From a virus (Duplodnaviria; Caudoviricetes), in IMG/VR virus record IMGVR_UViG_3300029787_000060, positions 1 to 55,081 of that record: a stretch of DNA of 55,081 nt. One strand, given 5' to 3'. Positions within the stretch are counted from its first letter, which is position 1; the number at the start of each line of letters is the position of its first letter. The position numbers and the translations under genes are program-made. Below the pieces are notes generated by a model. The model did not search any database. It had not been told where the DNA came from and worked only from the letters and a program-made list of their open reading frames with translations. Of the stretch, positions 54,694-55,081 are shown piece by piece.

Positions 54694-54977
54694 TACGCTG
54701 CCTCCCGCTTGCTGTTGTAACCCCTGAGAGAGGCTGTCACGACCTCTGTGACGCGAGTGTGAGCAGCGATAAACTGTCTGCTGAGTTTGTTACGAACGGC
54801 CACAGGATCGAGCGTGGCGCGTTCTGATACTGACACTGTGAGATAATGCTCAGTGCCGCAGTACCTTCCCTCACCCTCAGCCTTGAGGCTTTCGATGAGA
54901 GATTTCTTCTCTTCATTGAGATCTGCAATCTGTGCAGAGAGTGCGGCTATTTGGTCTACTTTATCTTGATGTTTCAT
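54693..54977 (-). CDS. Hypothetical protein
   Basis: GGAGG RBS; VDQIAALSAQIADL...LSRQFIAAHT. Confidence 0.65.
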   Translation of the reverse strand: MKHQDKVDQIAALSAQIADLNEEKKSLIESLKAEGEGRYCGTEHYLTVSVSERATLDPVAVRNKLSRQFIAAHTRVTEVVTASLRGYNSKREAA

Positions 54978-55006
54978 GTGGAACCTCCAAAGTTCATTTT
55001 AGTTAT

Positions 55007-55022
55007 GCCCCCCGAAGGGGGC
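55007..55022 (-). terminator. Stable C(UUCG)G hairpin (terminator or processing signal)
   Basis: Minus strand GCCCCC-TTCG-GGGGGC just after a stop codon. The U-tail is weak. Confidence 0.5.
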
Positions 55023-55029
55023 GTTAGAT

Positions 55030-55080
55030 TTAAGCGGCCTTCTCGTCAGCTTCATCTTCAGATTGCAGTGACTTGAGATG
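55030..55080 (-). CDS. C-terminal fragment of a gene truncated by the window edge
   Basis: ...HLKSLQSEDEADEKAA* followed by the hairpin. Confidence 0.4.
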   Translation of the reverse strand, partial: HLKSLQSEDEADEKAA

Positions 55081-55081
55081 G

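Overview
This window looks like most of the genome of a tailed dsDNA bacteriophage with podovirus-type architecture (portal, adaptors, nozzle and ejection proteins, but no tape measure or sheath). A marine/aquatic proteobacterial host is my inference. The + strand from 1 to 44196 is one late/structural arm. It runs: end of terminase small subunit, a 575-bp repeat-rich intergenic region, TerL, portal, a GroES co-chaperonin, scaffold, Mu-gpT-like major capsid, small basic proteins and adaptors. It continues with tail fibres interleaved with six 2OG-Fe(II) oxygenases, a lysis-like block (class 3 lipase, lipoprotein, FliK-like protein, holin, lysozyme, thermonuclease), nozzle, ejection proteins, a GNAT and a 3067-aa polyvalent protein. 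44174-50710 is a divergent recombination/replication block (NinB-like, Sak-like SSAP, SSB-like, PD-(D/E)XK exonuclease, RusA, primase-helicase). 50796-55081 holds small minus-strand early genes separated by several structured-RNA candidates. I recognised no DNA polymerase, integrase, tRNA or CRISPR array. The leads most worth following are: the oxygenase array around a Gly-X-Pro collagen-like fibre, a Phi-x-x-G-[G/K/R] motif shared by predicted head-internal proteins, duplicated and pseudoknotted ncRNA candidates, a phage FliK-like protein, and the enzymatic domains of the giant protein. All family calls come from motif recognition by eye, not from database searches.
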